32,000 bases of DNA from Nitrosospira multiformis ATCC 25196 (GCF_000196355.1 NC_007614.1:660001-692000); one strand, 5' to 3'. Counted from the first letter of the stretch, positions 8,591 through 18,292 are shown. The notes: generated by a model from the letters alone, not told the origin. Program-made: numbers and translations.

Positions 8591-9325
8591 CTACCTGTAC
8601 AGTTTCAGCCAGCGAACGGATAAGGCCAGAAAAAAGAAAATGAAAAGAGCAAAATAAGCGAGGTCGAATGTATCGATCATTCCCCGGTTGAAATTTTCAA
8701 AGTGAGCGAACGGAGACAAACTGCGGGTTATGCCGTTTTCTCCGCTTTCAGCGTTATCCATGATCCATAGCGCGAAAAGTATGCAGAGCGCTGCTGCTCC
8801 TGCGATGGCAGGTTGAGTGCTGAGGCAGGAGATATATAATCCGAGCGCAACGAAACACGCTGAGAGGAGCCACAGGCCGGCAATGTTGCTCAGCAGCAAG
8901 CCGGAATCCAGTCTGCCTCCCGCAAGCAGCGAAATCGCCAATGCGACAATCAGGGCGATGATGGCCGACAGAAAAATCATCAGGCCGAGAAACTTTCCCA
9001 GGACAATTTCCGTCATTGAAACAGGTGCGGAAATCAGGAAAGGTAAAGTGTGATTGCGGCGCTCCTCAGCAATGAGACGGGAGGTCAAAAGCGGCGTTAT
9101 CATCAGCAGCACGACGGCGCCTATGGAGAATAACGGAGCCGCAATTGCTTCGGTTGCTCCGGGGGGATGGGCAATTCTTACCAGCTGCGGTTGAACCTGC
9201 AGGAAGCCTTCAAGATTCGCCAGGTAAAACCAGGCGAATACCAGTTGCGCCAGCGCAAGTATTACCCATGCCAGAGGGGACCCGAACAATACCCCCAGTT
9301 CCTTCCGGGCAATGATCGTAATCAA
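8591..9325 (-). CDS. ABC-2 family permease (GldF-like)
   Basis: 244 aa with about 6 TM helices. Its start overlaps the ATPase gene stop (9322-9325). Confidence 0.8.
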   Translation of the reverse strand: MITIIARKELGVLFGSPLAWVILALAQLVFAWFYLANLEGFLQVQPQLVRIAHPPGATEAIAAPLFSIGAVVLLMITPLLTSRLIAEERRNHTLPFLISAPVSMTEIVLGKFLGLMIFLSAIIALIVALAISLLAGGRLDSGLLLSNIAGLWLLSACFVALGLYISCLSTQPAIAGAAALCILFALWIMDNAESGENGITRSLSPFAHFENFNRGMIDTFDLAYFALFIFFFLALSVRWLKLYR

Positions 9326-10065
9326 GTTTCAATTTTCTCCAGAGTGGATTGCGTGAATATCTCTTCAAGCCGGGTTCCTTCCAGCTTTATCATATCCACC
9401 GAACCCTCGAATACCTGTCGTCCGTGATTGATGATCTGCACACGATCGCACACGCTTTCAACTTCCGATAAGGCGTGCGTTGAAAAAATCACGCTTCTCA
9501 CTGCGCCAAGTTCACGGATGAGTGACCGGACATCGCGCATCTGGTTGGGATCCAGCCCCGAGGTCGGTTCGTCGAGAATGATGACTGCCGGATCGTGAAT
9601 GATAGCCTGGGCGATACCCGCGCGCTGCTGGTAGCCTTTTGACAGAGAACCGATCAGCCGCCGGCGCACATTCTCCAGTCCGCAACGTTCCGCGGCCTTC
9701 CTGATTGCATCGTCCGTTTTCGAGCGGGCGAGGCGGCGCAATCTCACCGCAAGTCGTAAATACTCATCTATCGTTAGCTCCCGGTAGAGGGGGGGTACTT
9801 CAGGCAGATAGCCGATACATGCTTTCGCCCCGAGCGTTTGCTTCTGCAAATCCAAGCCGCAGATTTCGACCCTGCCGGTGCTGGGAGCAAGATTCCCGGT
9901 GAGGAGACGCATGACCGTCGTCTTGCCCGCGCCATTGGGTCCGAGGAGGCCAAGCACTTCCCCTTGCCACAGTTCGAGGCTGACCTGGTCAACGGCAGTG
10001 CGAGCGCCGAAATGACGGCTCAGACCCTGCGCTGAAACGGTTTTCTGTTCTGTTTTTGCAGACAT
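9322..10065 (-). CDS. ABC transporter ATP-binding protein (GldA-like)
   Basis: Walker A is GPNGAGKTT, the signature is LSKGYQQR and Walker B is IILDEPTSGLD. Confidence 0.9.
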   Translation of the reverse strand: MSAKTEQKTVSAQGLSRHFGARTAVDQVSLELWQGEVLGLLGPNGAGKTTVMRLLTGNLAPSTGRVEICGLDLQKQTLGAKACIGYLPEVPPLYRELTIDEYLRLAVRLRRLARSKTDDAIRKAAERCGLENVRRRLIGSLSKGYQQRAGIAQAIIHDPAVIILDEPTSGLDPNQMRDVRSLIRELGAVRSVIFSTHALSEVESVCDRVQIINHGRQVFEGSVDMIKLEGTRLEEIFTQSTLEKIET

Positions 10066-10197
10066 GACAAGATCAATGATTCAGGTTGGTGGATGAATCG
10101 AAGTTCTTTTTTCATTTCAGTGGAACGCAGTGCGCAATCGTGGAGCGGCGTCCTCCGGTAAATCCTCGTGAGCAAATGTTACGGCTCAGGTGTCTAC

Positions 10198-10226
10198 TTG
10201 TGATAAGCGTAAAATATACCTAATAT
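10198..10226 (+). promoter_or_regulatory. Candidate sigma70 promoter of the TPR-lolB-ispE unit
   Basis: TTGTGA (10198-10203), a 17-nt spacer, then TAATAT (10221-10226), about 65 nt upstream of the ATG at 10292. Confidence 0.45.
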
Positions 10227-10291
10227 GTGGGCTGTACTGAAGGAAAGCCCATCCATTTGCAGCCCCTTTTTCGAATCTTCCGGATCTCCGC

Positions 10292-12013
10292 ATGAGTCTT
10301 AAAGTTCCCGGCGCATTACCGCTGCTCTTTCTTGCCGCCTGTTCACATCTTCCTGCCAAGACTCCTCTCACGGCGGAAAAACCGGCAGAGAAGAAGGAGT
10401 CAGAGCAGTCAAGAGTACCCAGTCAGGATTTGACCCCCTCCATGCTGTTCGATTTTTTGCTGGCGGAGACAGCGCTGCAGCGGGGCGACACGGAAATCGG
10501 TCTTCGTACCTATCTCAAGCTTGCAAAAAACACTCAGGATCCGCGCGTGGCCCAGCGCGCCACGGAAGCTGCGCTTCAGGCGCGCCAGCCGGCATTCGCC
10601 CTGGAAGCGGCAAAAATCTGGACGGAACTCGATCCGGAATCGATTCCAGCCCGTCAGATGATGGCTGCATTGCTGGTGCATTTTGACAGATTAGATGAGG
10701 CCCGTCCCCATCTGGAAAAATTGCTGGCGGTTGCGGGAGACAAGATCGATGATGCTTTCATGCAACTGAACAGCCTGCTGGTGCGCAGTCCCAACAAGAA
10801 TGCAATCTTCGAATTGGTAAAGCAGCTCGCGCAACCTTATCCCGATCTGCCGGAAGCGCATTTTGCCGAGTCCCAGGCTGCATGGTTTGCCGAGCGTTTC
10901 GACATCGCTCTGGAAGAGATGAAAAAAGCGCTGGCGCTGAGGCCTGAGTGGGAGATGGCGGCAATTTACGAAGGACGTATTCTGTCGCGCGAATCCAACG
11001 CCCGCGCAATCGAATTTTTCGATGATTATCTCAAGCGCTATCCCAAAGCCAACGATACACGCATCACCTATGCACGCTTGCTGCTAGCTGAAAGAGATTA
11101 TAGCAAAGCCCGCGAGCAGTTCCAGAAGTTGCTGACAGAAAATCCGGATAACCCGGATGTTGCCATTGCCGTCGGCCTGTTATCCCTGGAGCTGCAGAAC
11201 TACGATGTAGCCGAATCGAATTTCAAAAGAGCGCTGGAGCTGGGTTACCGGGACCCGGGAATGGTGCGCTTTTATCTCGGCGGCATCAGTGAAAAAAAAC
11301 AGCAGATCCCGCAGGCTTTGAATTGGTACCGCTCGGTTACGGAGGGAACCCAGTTTATCCCGGCACAGATCAAATATGCCATTCTGTTGAGCAGAACCGG
11401 CAAAACCAAGGAGGGTCTCCATCATTTGCAGCAACTGCCAGTGGCCAATGACCAGCAGCGTGCGCAGGTGATCATCGCCGAGGCGCAATTGTTGCGCGAG
11501 TCCGGCGCTTACAAGAAAGCCTTTCAGCTCCTGAGCAGCAGTCTCGAAAAACTTCCCGATTCCCCCGAACTGCTTTATGACCGCGCCCTGGCTGCGGAGA
11601 AAATAGGCAAGGCGGATATCATGGAGCAGGATCTGCGCAAACTGATCGAACTGAGGCCCGACCATGCTCACGCCTACAACGCCCTGGGTTACGGTATTGC
11701 CGAGCACTCCAGCAAGCGCCTGCCGGAGGCGCTGGAATTGATCGAGAAGGCGATCAAGCTTTCGCCTATCGATCCGTACATCATCGACAGTCTGGGATGG
11801 GTGCATTACCGCATGGGGGACATCAACCAGGGATTGAGCTACCTGCGACAGGCGTTTGCAATGAATCCCGATCCGGAAATTGCTGCTCACCTGGGGGAAG
11901 TGTTGTGGGTGCAGGGAATGAAGGACGAAGCGAAAGAGATCTGGCAGACGGCCCTCAAGAATCATCCCGGTAACGAAGCGTTGATTGGCGTGATGAAGAA
12001 GTTCATGAAGTAG
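10292..12013 (+). CDS. Tetratricopeptide-repeat lipoprotein
   Basis: 573 aa with a signal peptide and the lipobox LAAC|S. Many TPR-like helical repeats are present. It sits upstream of lolB. Confidence 0.85.
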   Translation: MSLKVPGALPLLFLAACSHLPAKTPLTAEKPAEKKESEQSRVPSQDLTPSMLFDFLLAETALQRGDTEIGLRTYLKLAKNTQDPRVAQRATEAALQARQPAFALEAAKIWTELDPESIPARQMMAALLVHFDRLDEARPHLEKLLAVAGDKIDDAFMQLNSLLVRSPNKNAIFELVKQLAQPYPDLPEAHFAESQAAWFAERFDIALEEMKKALALRPEWEMAAIYEGRILSRESNARAIEFFDDYLKRYPKANDTRITYARLLLAERDYSKAREQFQKLLTENPDNPDVAIAVGLLSLELQNYDVAESNFKRALELGYRDPGMVRFYLGGISEKKQQIPQALNWYRSVTEGTQFIPAQIKYAILLSRTGKTKEGLHHLQQLPVANDQQRAQVIIAEAQLLRESGAYKKAFQLLSSSLEKLPDSPELLYDRALAAEKIGKADIMEQDLRKLIELRPDHAHAYNALGYGIAEHSSKRLPEALELIEKAIKLSPIDPYIIDSLGWVHYRMGDINQGLSYLRQAFAMNPDPEIAAHLGEVLWVQGMKDEAKEIWQTALKNHPGNEALIGVMKKFMK

Positions 12014-12032
12014 CGCGAGGGTGGGATAGAAG

Positions 12033-12776
12033 ATGCCCTGCGTCGATTCGGAGTCTGTTCGCTTTGTGAACCCGGCTTGTCGGAAGTTGAGAAATTTCGG
12101 AAGATTTTCCCTATCCTCCCTTGGCTCCTTGGGCTCCTTGGGCTCCTTGGGCTCCTTGCGCTCATGGCATCTTGTTTTTCTGACCCCTGCTTTTTTTTAC
12201 GGTTGCGCAACCCTTGCTCCAGAAGAAAAGAATGTAGCCAGCACCGTTATCATGGAACCGGGCGCGATGGAAGCGAAAAGTGCGGGCTTCCAGCTGATTG
12301 GCAGGGTATCGGTGAAAGAGGGCAGAAACGGTTTTTCCGGGGGAGTCCAGTGGCGCCATATGCAGGACGACGATCAAATTCTCCTTCTTTCCCCCGTAGG
12401 TCAGGCTGTCGGACAGATTGAGCGCTCAGCCGATGGTGTGTCTCTCATAACTGCCGAGCAGGAACATTATTACGCCGATAATGTGGAAGAACTCACAGAA
12501 CGGGTATTGGGTTGGCGTTTGCCGCTCTCCGGGTTGCAGTACTGGGTGCAAGGCACGAATTCGCCGGATACGCCGTCCGAAATCGACCTGGATATGATGG
12601 GCCGCGTGGCAGCCATTCGTCAGAACGGATGGGAAATCACCTATGCAGGCTACTCGCAGGCGGTACCTGCTGAAGCTCCACAGTCAGAGGCCGCGCGTGC
12701 CAGACTGCTGACACTTAACCGTAACGGTCTGCGGATAAGGCTGGTAATAGATGAATGGAATACTGTCAACGACTGA
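12033..12776 (+). CDS. lolB: Outer-membrane lipoprotein LolB; start codon uncertain
   Basis: The mature part (GRVSVKEGRNGFSGGVQWRH...GWEITY...) fits LolB, and the position upstream of ispE is typical. The lipobox Cys is in FFYGC|A. ATG 12033 gives an implausibly long pre-sequence containing the LGS repeat. In-frame TTG 12156 would give the compact signal peptide MRSWHLVFLTPAFFYGC. Confidence 0.8.
   Translation: MPCVDSESVRFVNPACRKLRNFGRFSLSSLGSLGSLGSLGSLRSWHLVFLTPAFFYGCATLAPEEKNVASTVIMEPGAMEAKSAGFQLIGRVSVKEGRNGFSGGVQWRHMQDDDQILLLSPVGQAVGQIERSADGVSLITAEQEHYYADNVEELTERVLGWRLPLSGLQYWVQGTNSPDTPSEIDLDMMGRVAAIRQNGWEITYAGYSQAVPAEAPQSEAARARLLTLNRNGLRIRLVIDEWNTVND
12116..12160. repeat. 9-bp tandem repeat (CTCCTTGGG) x about 5 in the lolB 5' region
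   Basis: Three perfect copies at 12125-12151 are flanked by one-mismatch copies. In the lolB frame they read LGS-LGS-LGS-LGS. A T8 tract follows at 12191-12198. Confidence 0.9.
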
Positions 12777-13635
12777 AGTGGATTCGCAGGCGGAACTGAG
12801 CTGCCCTGCGCCTGCCAAACTCAATCTGTTCCTGCATGTGGTGGGACGGAGGGAGGATGGGTACCATCTTCTGCAAACCGTTTTCCGCCTGGTGGATTTC
12901 GCCGACCAGCTCCATTTCGGGCTGCGGGCGGACGGTGTGATCAAGCTGCATACGCCCACTCCGGGGGTGCCGGAAGAGCAGGATTTGTGCGTGCGCGCAG
13001 CAAAACTGCTGCAACGGGAAAGCGGTACTCCCTGGGGGGCCAATATCTTTCTGGAAAAGCGCATCCCGATGGGTGGTGGCCTGGGAGGCGGCAGTTCGGA
13101 TGCAGCCACGACATTGCTTGCGCTCAACCGCTTGTGGAAGCTGGGCTGGCGCCGGAATCAACTTTTGAAACTGGCCCCGGAACTGGGTGCGGATGTTCCC
13201 GTATTCGTTTTCAGTGAAAATGCCTTTGCTGAGGGCATCGGCGAAAAACTCCTGCCGATTGCGTTACCCCCGGCATGGTATCTGATACTCACACCGCCCG
13301 TGCATGTCTCAACGGCAAAGGTTTTTTCAAGTAAGGAATTGACACGAAACACGATTCCGATCAAAATACCGCCCTTTTCCACCGAGCAAGGGCATAATGA
13401 TCTCGAGCCGGTGGTGTGTGCTTCATACCCCGAGGTAGCACGCCACCTCGAGTGGCTGCGGCAGCTCGAAGGTGCAAGGATGGCGGCCATGACGGGTTCC
13501 GGCGCGTGCGTTTTTGCCGAGTTTGCGACCGAATCCGGGGCCAGAAGCGCACTGGGGAAGATTCCATACGGTATGAAGGGTTTTGTGGCGCAGGGACTTG
13601 ATCGCCATCCCTTGCATGATTTTGCAGAACAATAA
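12751..13635 (+). CDS. ispE: 4-diphosphocytidyl-2-C-methyl-D-erythritol kinase
   Basis: It carries PAPAKLNLFLHV..R.DGYH and the GHMP kinase motif PMGGGLGGGSSDAA. Confidence 0.92.
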   Translation: MNGILSTTEVDSQAELSCPAPAKLNLFLHVVGRREDGYHLLQTVFRLVDFADQLHFGLRADGVIKLHTPTPGVPEEQDLCVRAAKLLQRESGTPWGANIFLEKRIPMGGGLGGGSSDAATTLLALNRLWKLGWRRNQLLKLAPELGADVPVFVFSENAFAEGIGEKLLPIALPPAWYLILTPPVHVSTAKVFSSKELTRNTIPIKIPPFSTEQGHNDLEPVVCASYPEVARHLEWLRQLEGARMAAMTGSGACVFAEFATESGARSALGKIPYGMKGFVAQGLDRHPLHDFAEQ

Positions 13636-13636
13636 T

Positions 13637-13711
13637 TGGGGAGTCGCCAAGTGGTAAGGCACCGGATTTTGATTCCGGCATTCGTAGGTTCGATCCCTAC
13701 CTCCCCAGCCA
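13637..13711 (+). tRNA. tRNA-Gln (anticodon UUG), CCA encoded
   Basis: The acceptor stem pairs TGGGGAG with CTCCCCA. The anticodon stem CCGGA/TCCGG closes the loop TTTTGAT. The T-arm is GGTTCGATCCC, and the 3' end is G-CCA at 13708-13711. Confidence 0.95.
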
Positions 13712-13817
13712 GTTTTCAGCTCCATGATTCGTCCAGGCTGGACTGCCGCCGGTTCCTGTTCGCTTCCATGAATTCCCCATCTGCCGGTTCCGCGTTTTCG
13801 GACTTTTAGGTTTTCTC

Positions 13818-14768
13818 ATGGCCTACGATAGCTTGATGGTTTTCACGGGCAACGCCAATCCCAAGCTGGCGCAGGATGTCGTACGGCATCTCAATCTTCG
13901 CATCGGCCGTGCCACGGTTGGCCGCTTCAGCGATGGCGAAGTAATGGTGGAAATCCTCGAGAATGTCCGGGGCAAGGATGTATTCGTCCTGCAATCCACC
14001 TGCATGCCCACCAACGATACGCTGATGGAATTACTGGTGCTGGTGGATGCGCTCAAGCGCGCCTCCGCGTCGCGCATCACCGCCGCGATGCCTTATTTCG
14101 GCTATGCCCGCCAGGACCGGCGCCCGCGCTCGGTACGGGTCCCCATCACGGCCAAGGTGGTGGCAAACATGCTGACCAGTGTCGGCATAGACCGCTTGCT
14201 GACAATGGACTTGCATTCGGACCAGATCCAGGGGTTTTTTGACATACCTGTGGATAACATCTACAGCATGCCTATCCTGCTGGGCGATCTCTGGAAAAAT
14301 GATTTCAAGAACCTGGTGGTGGTTTCCCCTGATGTGGGGGGAGTAGTGCGCGCGCGCCAGATGGCCAAACGGCTCGAATGCGACCTTGCCATCATAGACA
14401 AGCGGCGTCCCAAAGCGAATATAGCAAAGGTGATGAACATCATCGGCGAGGTGGACGGACGCACTTGTGTGATCATGGACGACATGGTGGATACCGCTAA
14501 TACGCTGTGCGAAGCAGCGCGCGCGCTCAAGGAGCAGGGAGCGGAACGCGTGCTGGCTTATTGCACGCATCCGGTGCTGTCGGGCGGTGCCGTGGAGCGG
14601 ATCGGGAACTCTGCCCTGGACAAGCTCGTTGTCACCGACACCATTCCGCTGCGGGAGGATGCCCAGGCGTGCGAGCGCATAGAGCAGTTGAGCGTGGCAA
14701 GCCTGCTCGCGGAAACGATGCTCAGGATCAGTAACGAAGATTCCGTGAGTTCGCTTTTCATGGAGTAA
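13818..14768 (+). CDS. prs: Ribose-phosphate pyrophosphokinase
   Basis: 316 aa with ...[25 protein letters not shown]... and the PRPP-binding loop [13 protein letters not shown]. Confidence 0.95.
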   Translation: MAYDSLMVFTGNANPKLAQDVVRHLNLRIGRATVGRFSDGEVMVEILENVRGKDVFVLQSTCMPTNDTLMELLVLVDALKRASASRITAAMPYFGYARQDRRPRSVRVPITAKVVANMLTSVGIDRLLTMDLHSDQIQGFFDIPVDNIYSMPILLGDLWKNDFKNLVVVSPDVGGVVRARQMAKRLECDLAIIDKRRPKANIAKVMNIIGEVDGRTCVIMDDMVDTANTLCEAARALKEQGAERVLAYCTHPVLSGGAVERIGNSALDKLVVTDTIPLREDAQACERIEQLSVASLLAETMLRISNEDSVSSLFME

Positions 14769-14917
14769 CGCGAATCCACGCTGTGCAGGTGGTGAAAAGC
14801 AAAACCAGGGAGCAAGGCTGGTTGAGAATAGCCTGCGGATTGAATAGATAGCGCAATAGACAAGTTTATTAATCGGATTCATCTGGTCGCGGATGATCCA
14901 CATTCTGGAGAAAGTAG

Positions 14918-15604
14918 ATGCAAATTGAAATCAGCGCCGAAAAGCGCGAATTGCAGGGCAAAGGTGCGAGCCGCCGCCTGCGGGGTTCCGGCAAGGTACC
15001 GGGAATCATCTATGGTGGAGAAAACCCGGCGCAGCCGATCGAACTCGATCACAACAATCTTTATCACCAGCTCAAACTGGAAGCCTTCCATGCCTCCATC
15101 CTGACGATGAGTGTGGAAGGGCAGAAAGAAAAGGTGCTGCTGCGGGATATACAGATGCACCCCTTCAAGCCCCAGGTGCTGCATATCGACTTTCAGCGCG
15201 TCGCTTCGAACAAGAAAATCCATATGAAAGTGCCCTTGCACTTCATCAACGAAGATATTGCCCCAGGGGTGAAGCTGGCGGGCGGATTGGTGAGCCACGT
15301 GCTTACCGAACTGGATGTTTCCTGCCTGCCAAAAGATCTACCTGAATTCATTTCCGTCGATGTGGGGGAACTTGCCGCCGGCAACACCATACACCTGAGC
15401 AACCTGCAGTTGCCTGAAGGAGTTGAGATTCCTGCGCTGATGAAAGGTGAAGACCTGCCTGTGGCGACCATCGCCATTCCACGCGGGGTAGCGGCTGAGG
15501 AAGCGGCTGGAGGCGTGGCAGCGGGAGACATACCCACCTCCGTACAGAAGAAAGAAGGCGTTGCCAAGGAAGGCGAGAAAAAAGACGCCGGAAAGAAAAA
15601 GTAA
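14918..15604 (+). CDS. rplY: 50S ribosomal protein L25 (Ctc form)
   Basis: The N-terminus reads ...[25 protein letters not shown]..., and the C-terminal extension is Lys/Ala/Glu-rich. Confidence 0.95.
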
Positions 15605-15610
15605 GACCGC

Positions 15611-16050
15611 GGAGGGAGGAGCAGTGCCTTCCACAGGAAGGTGCGACCCCGGAGCGGGCTAAGCGCCCAAGCGGCAGGGGCATCTTCAATGTGTCCAGTT
15701 GCTGTTCCGGAGGCGCAACCCCTCTGGGGGCGCTGGCGAGGAGGGAGGAGCAGTGCCTTCCACAGGAAGGTGCGACCCCCGGAGCGGGCTAAGCGCCCAA
15801 GCGGCAGGGGCATCTTCAATGTGTCCAGTTGCTGTTCCGGAGGCGCAACCCCTCTGGGGCGCTGGCGAGGAGGGAGGAGCAGTGCCTTCCACAGGAAGGT
15901 GCGACCCCGGAGCGGGCTAAGCGCCCAAGCGGCAGTTGGCATCTTCAATGTGTCCAGTTGCTGTTCCGGAGGCACAACCCCTTGGGGCGCTGGCGAGAGG
16001 GAGGAGCAGTACCTTCCGCAGGAAGATGCGCTCCCGGAGTGGGCCTTGAG
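15611..16050. repeat. 129-bp tandem repeat array, 3 near-identical copies plus 1 diverged partial copy
   Basis: Unit starts are at 15611, 15740, 15869 and about 15997. Copies 1-3 differ by only a few substitutions and 1-nt run-length changes. There are no unique spacers. Confidence 0.95.
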
Positions 16051-16159
16051 CATCTTGCTTGGTTCGCAGGCATCCCAAGCCGTATCGCATGTTTTTTCAG
16101 CCCGTCGGAGTCATTCTGGCTTCGCGGGCTTTTCATTTTGAGGATTCGGGTTACATTCA

Positions 16160-16735
16160 GTGAAGCTCATCGTCGGTCTTGGCAATCCGGGTAGGGAATA
16201 TGCGGCCACTCGCCATAATGCCGGCGCCTGGTGGGTAGTTCGTCTGGCGGATCAATTGGGTGTCACGTTGAAGGCGGATGGCAAGTTTCATGGCTTGTGC
16301 GCGCGTATCGGGCAGGGTGAGTCTGAATCCTGGCTGCTCAATCCCCAGACCTATATGAATGCTAGTGGAAGGGCAGTGGCCGCATTGTGCCGTTTCTACC
16401 GAATTCAGCCTGAACAGATGCTCGTAGTGCACGACGAACTGGATTTGCCCCCCGGCGTCTCCAGGCTGAAGCTCGACGGAGGGTTGGGCGGTCACAATGG
16501 GTTGAAAGACATCGTCGCGCATCTCGGCACCCGGGAGTTCTGGCGCTTGCGGATCGGCATCGGCCATCCGGGAGAAAAGCATGCCGTCGTGAATTACGTA
16601 CTGCAGCCTCCGCGCAAGGAAGAAGCAGCGTTGATCGACACGGCCATAAACGACAGCCTGGAAGTCTGGCCCCTCATCGCAGAAGGCAATTATCAGGCGG
16701 CAATGATGAGGCTGCATACCCAGAAGCAAAGCTGA
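16160..16735 (+). CDS. pth: Peptidyl-tRNA hydrolase
   Basis: GTG start. The N-terminus is KLIVGLGNPGREYAATRHNAGAW. Confidence 0.95.
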   Translation: MKLIVGLGNPGREYAATRHNAGAWWVVRLADQLGVTLKADGKFHGLCARIGQGESESWLLNPQTYMNASGRAVAALCRFYRIQPEQMLVVHDELDLPPGVSRLKLDGGLGGHNGLKDIVAHLGTREFWRLRIGIGHPGEKHAVVNYVLQPPRKEEAALIDTAINDSLEVWPLIAEGNYQAAMMRLHTQKQS

Positions 16736-16958
16736 TATTTCCAAAGGACATGGGGTCATGAACTGTTTTGTTCCTCTTGATTCTACCTTCTCTCTCATTC
16801 ACCCCTGAGCCTGTCGAAGGGTCGAATGGCGTTCGGAAAAACCTGTCATGGAGGATGCCCGAAAACGGAGATTTAGCCTGCTGCGTGAAAATGACGGAAC
16901 AACTTTCATACCCCTTTAACCATTACAGCCTGTCTTAAACGAGTAACCAAATCAAACC

Positions 16959-18062
16959 ATGAGCCTGAAATGCGGTATTGTTGGCTTGCCCAACGTCGGA
17001 AAATCCACCCTCTTCAATGCCCTCACCAAGGCTGGCATCGCTGCCGAGAACTACCCCTTCTGCACCATCGAACCGAATGTGGGCATTGTCGAAGTTCCCG
17101 ACTCTCGGCTGACTGAACTTGCTGCGATCGTCAAGCCGCAAAAGGTGCAGTCTGCAGTGGTTGAATTCGTCGATATTGCCGGTCTTGTCGCAGGGGCTTC
17201 GAAAGGAGAGGGATTGGGCAACAAATTTCTTGCCACCATTCGTGAGACCGACGGCATCATCAATATGGTGCGCTGCTTCAAGAATGACAACGTGGTGCAC
17301 GTCTCCGGCAAAGTCGATCCCATCTCGGATATCGAAACCATCCAGACTGAACTGGCACTCGCCGATCTGGCCACCGTCGAAAAGGTGGTACAACGGGAAA
17401 CCAAGCTTGCCAAGTCCGGTGACAAGGAAGCGGTCAAGTTCGTCGCGCTGCTCGAAAAGGTAAGGGAGCATCTCGACCAGGGCAAGCCGGTAAGAAGTCT
17501 CGGGTTGGCTGAAGGACTTGATAAGGAACAACAGGAACTGCTCAAGCCGCTATGCCTGCTCACTGCCAAACCTGCGATCTATGTGGCTAACGTGGACGAA
17601 AAAGGATTCACCGGTAATCCGCTGCTGGCACGGGTGGAAGAATATGCGGCAGGCGAGGGCGCGCCTGTCGTTGCCATCTGCGCCGCCCTCGAATCCGAAA
17701 TTGCCGAGATGCCGGATGAGGACAAGCAGGTTTTTCTCGCCGACATGAATCTGGAAGAACCGGGGCTCAACCGCCTGGTGCGCGCCGCCTATCAACTGCT
17801 GGGGCTGCAGACCTACTTTACCGCTGGGGTGAAGGAAGTGCGCGCCTGGACCATATCAAAAGGAGATACCGCGCCCCAAGCCGCTGCTGTCATTCATACC
17901 GATTTCGAAAAGGGCTTTATCCGCGCCGAGGTCATCAGCTATGACGACTTCGTTACCTGCAAAGGTGAGCAGGGTGCCAAGGAGGCAGGCAAGATGCGGC
18001 TGGAGGGAAAGGAGTATGTCGTCAGAGATGGGGATGTGATGCATTTTCGGTTTAACGTCTAA
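16959..18062 (+). CDS. ychF: Ribosome-binding ATPase YchF
   Basis: It reads [18 protein letters not shown]...[10 protein letters not shown] and ends ...VMHFRFNV. Confidence 0.95.
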   Translation: MSLKCGIVGLPNVGKSTLFNALTKAGIAAENYPFCTIEPNVGIVEVPDSRLTELAAIVKPQKVQSAVVEFVDIAGLVAGASKGEGLGNKFLATIRETDGIINMVRCFKNDNVVHVSGKVDPISDIETIQTELALADLATVEKVVQRETKLAKSGDKEAVKFVALLEKVREHLDQGKPVRSLGLAEGLDKEQQELLKPLCLLTAKPAIYVANVDEKGFTGNPLLARVEEYAAGEGAPVVAICAALESEIAEMPDEDKQVFLADMNLEEPGLNRLVRAAYQLLGLQTYFTAGVKEVRAWTISKGDTAPQAAAVIHTDFEKGFIRAEVISYDDFVTCKGEQGAKEAGKMRLEGKEYVVRDGDVMHFRFNV

Positions 18063-18292
18063 GCCTGAGTCCTTGTCTTATAGTGACGACCATGCTTTCC
18101 AAGCATGAGGCGGACAAATCTGGACACTCCATGATGACCTTGGTTGTGACTGGCGTCACCAGAACAGGAGTTCATGAGATGCTCGCGAACTCAAGGTCCA
18201 TTAGTTGCAGCAGAGGCTATTTTGATATTGGAGCCGGCGAGAAGGCCGATCCTCCTGATCTTCTGCAACTTAATTTGATTGATTAGAGATAG

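Noticed and set aside
15611-16050. Considered the regularly spaced repeats a possible CRISPR array
   Set aside because: The whole 129-bp unit repeats head-to-tail with no unique spacers. The period is far longer than repeat-plus-spacer architecture would need for a 129-nt repeat. No cas genes or leader are nearby.
15193-16141. Long ORFs through the 129-bp array (286 aa on the minus strand, 166 aa on the plus strand, and others)
   Set aside because: They exist only because a GC-rich unit of 43 codons lacks stops in several frames. Compensating 1-nt indels change the frame between copies, so no consistent protein repeat is conserved. No Shine-Dalgarno/start context is present.
18083-18286. 67-aa plus-strand ORF right after ychF
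   Set aside because: It has a non-ATG start with no Shine-Dalgarno sequence and no recognisable features. It lies in island junction DNA and is probably spurious.
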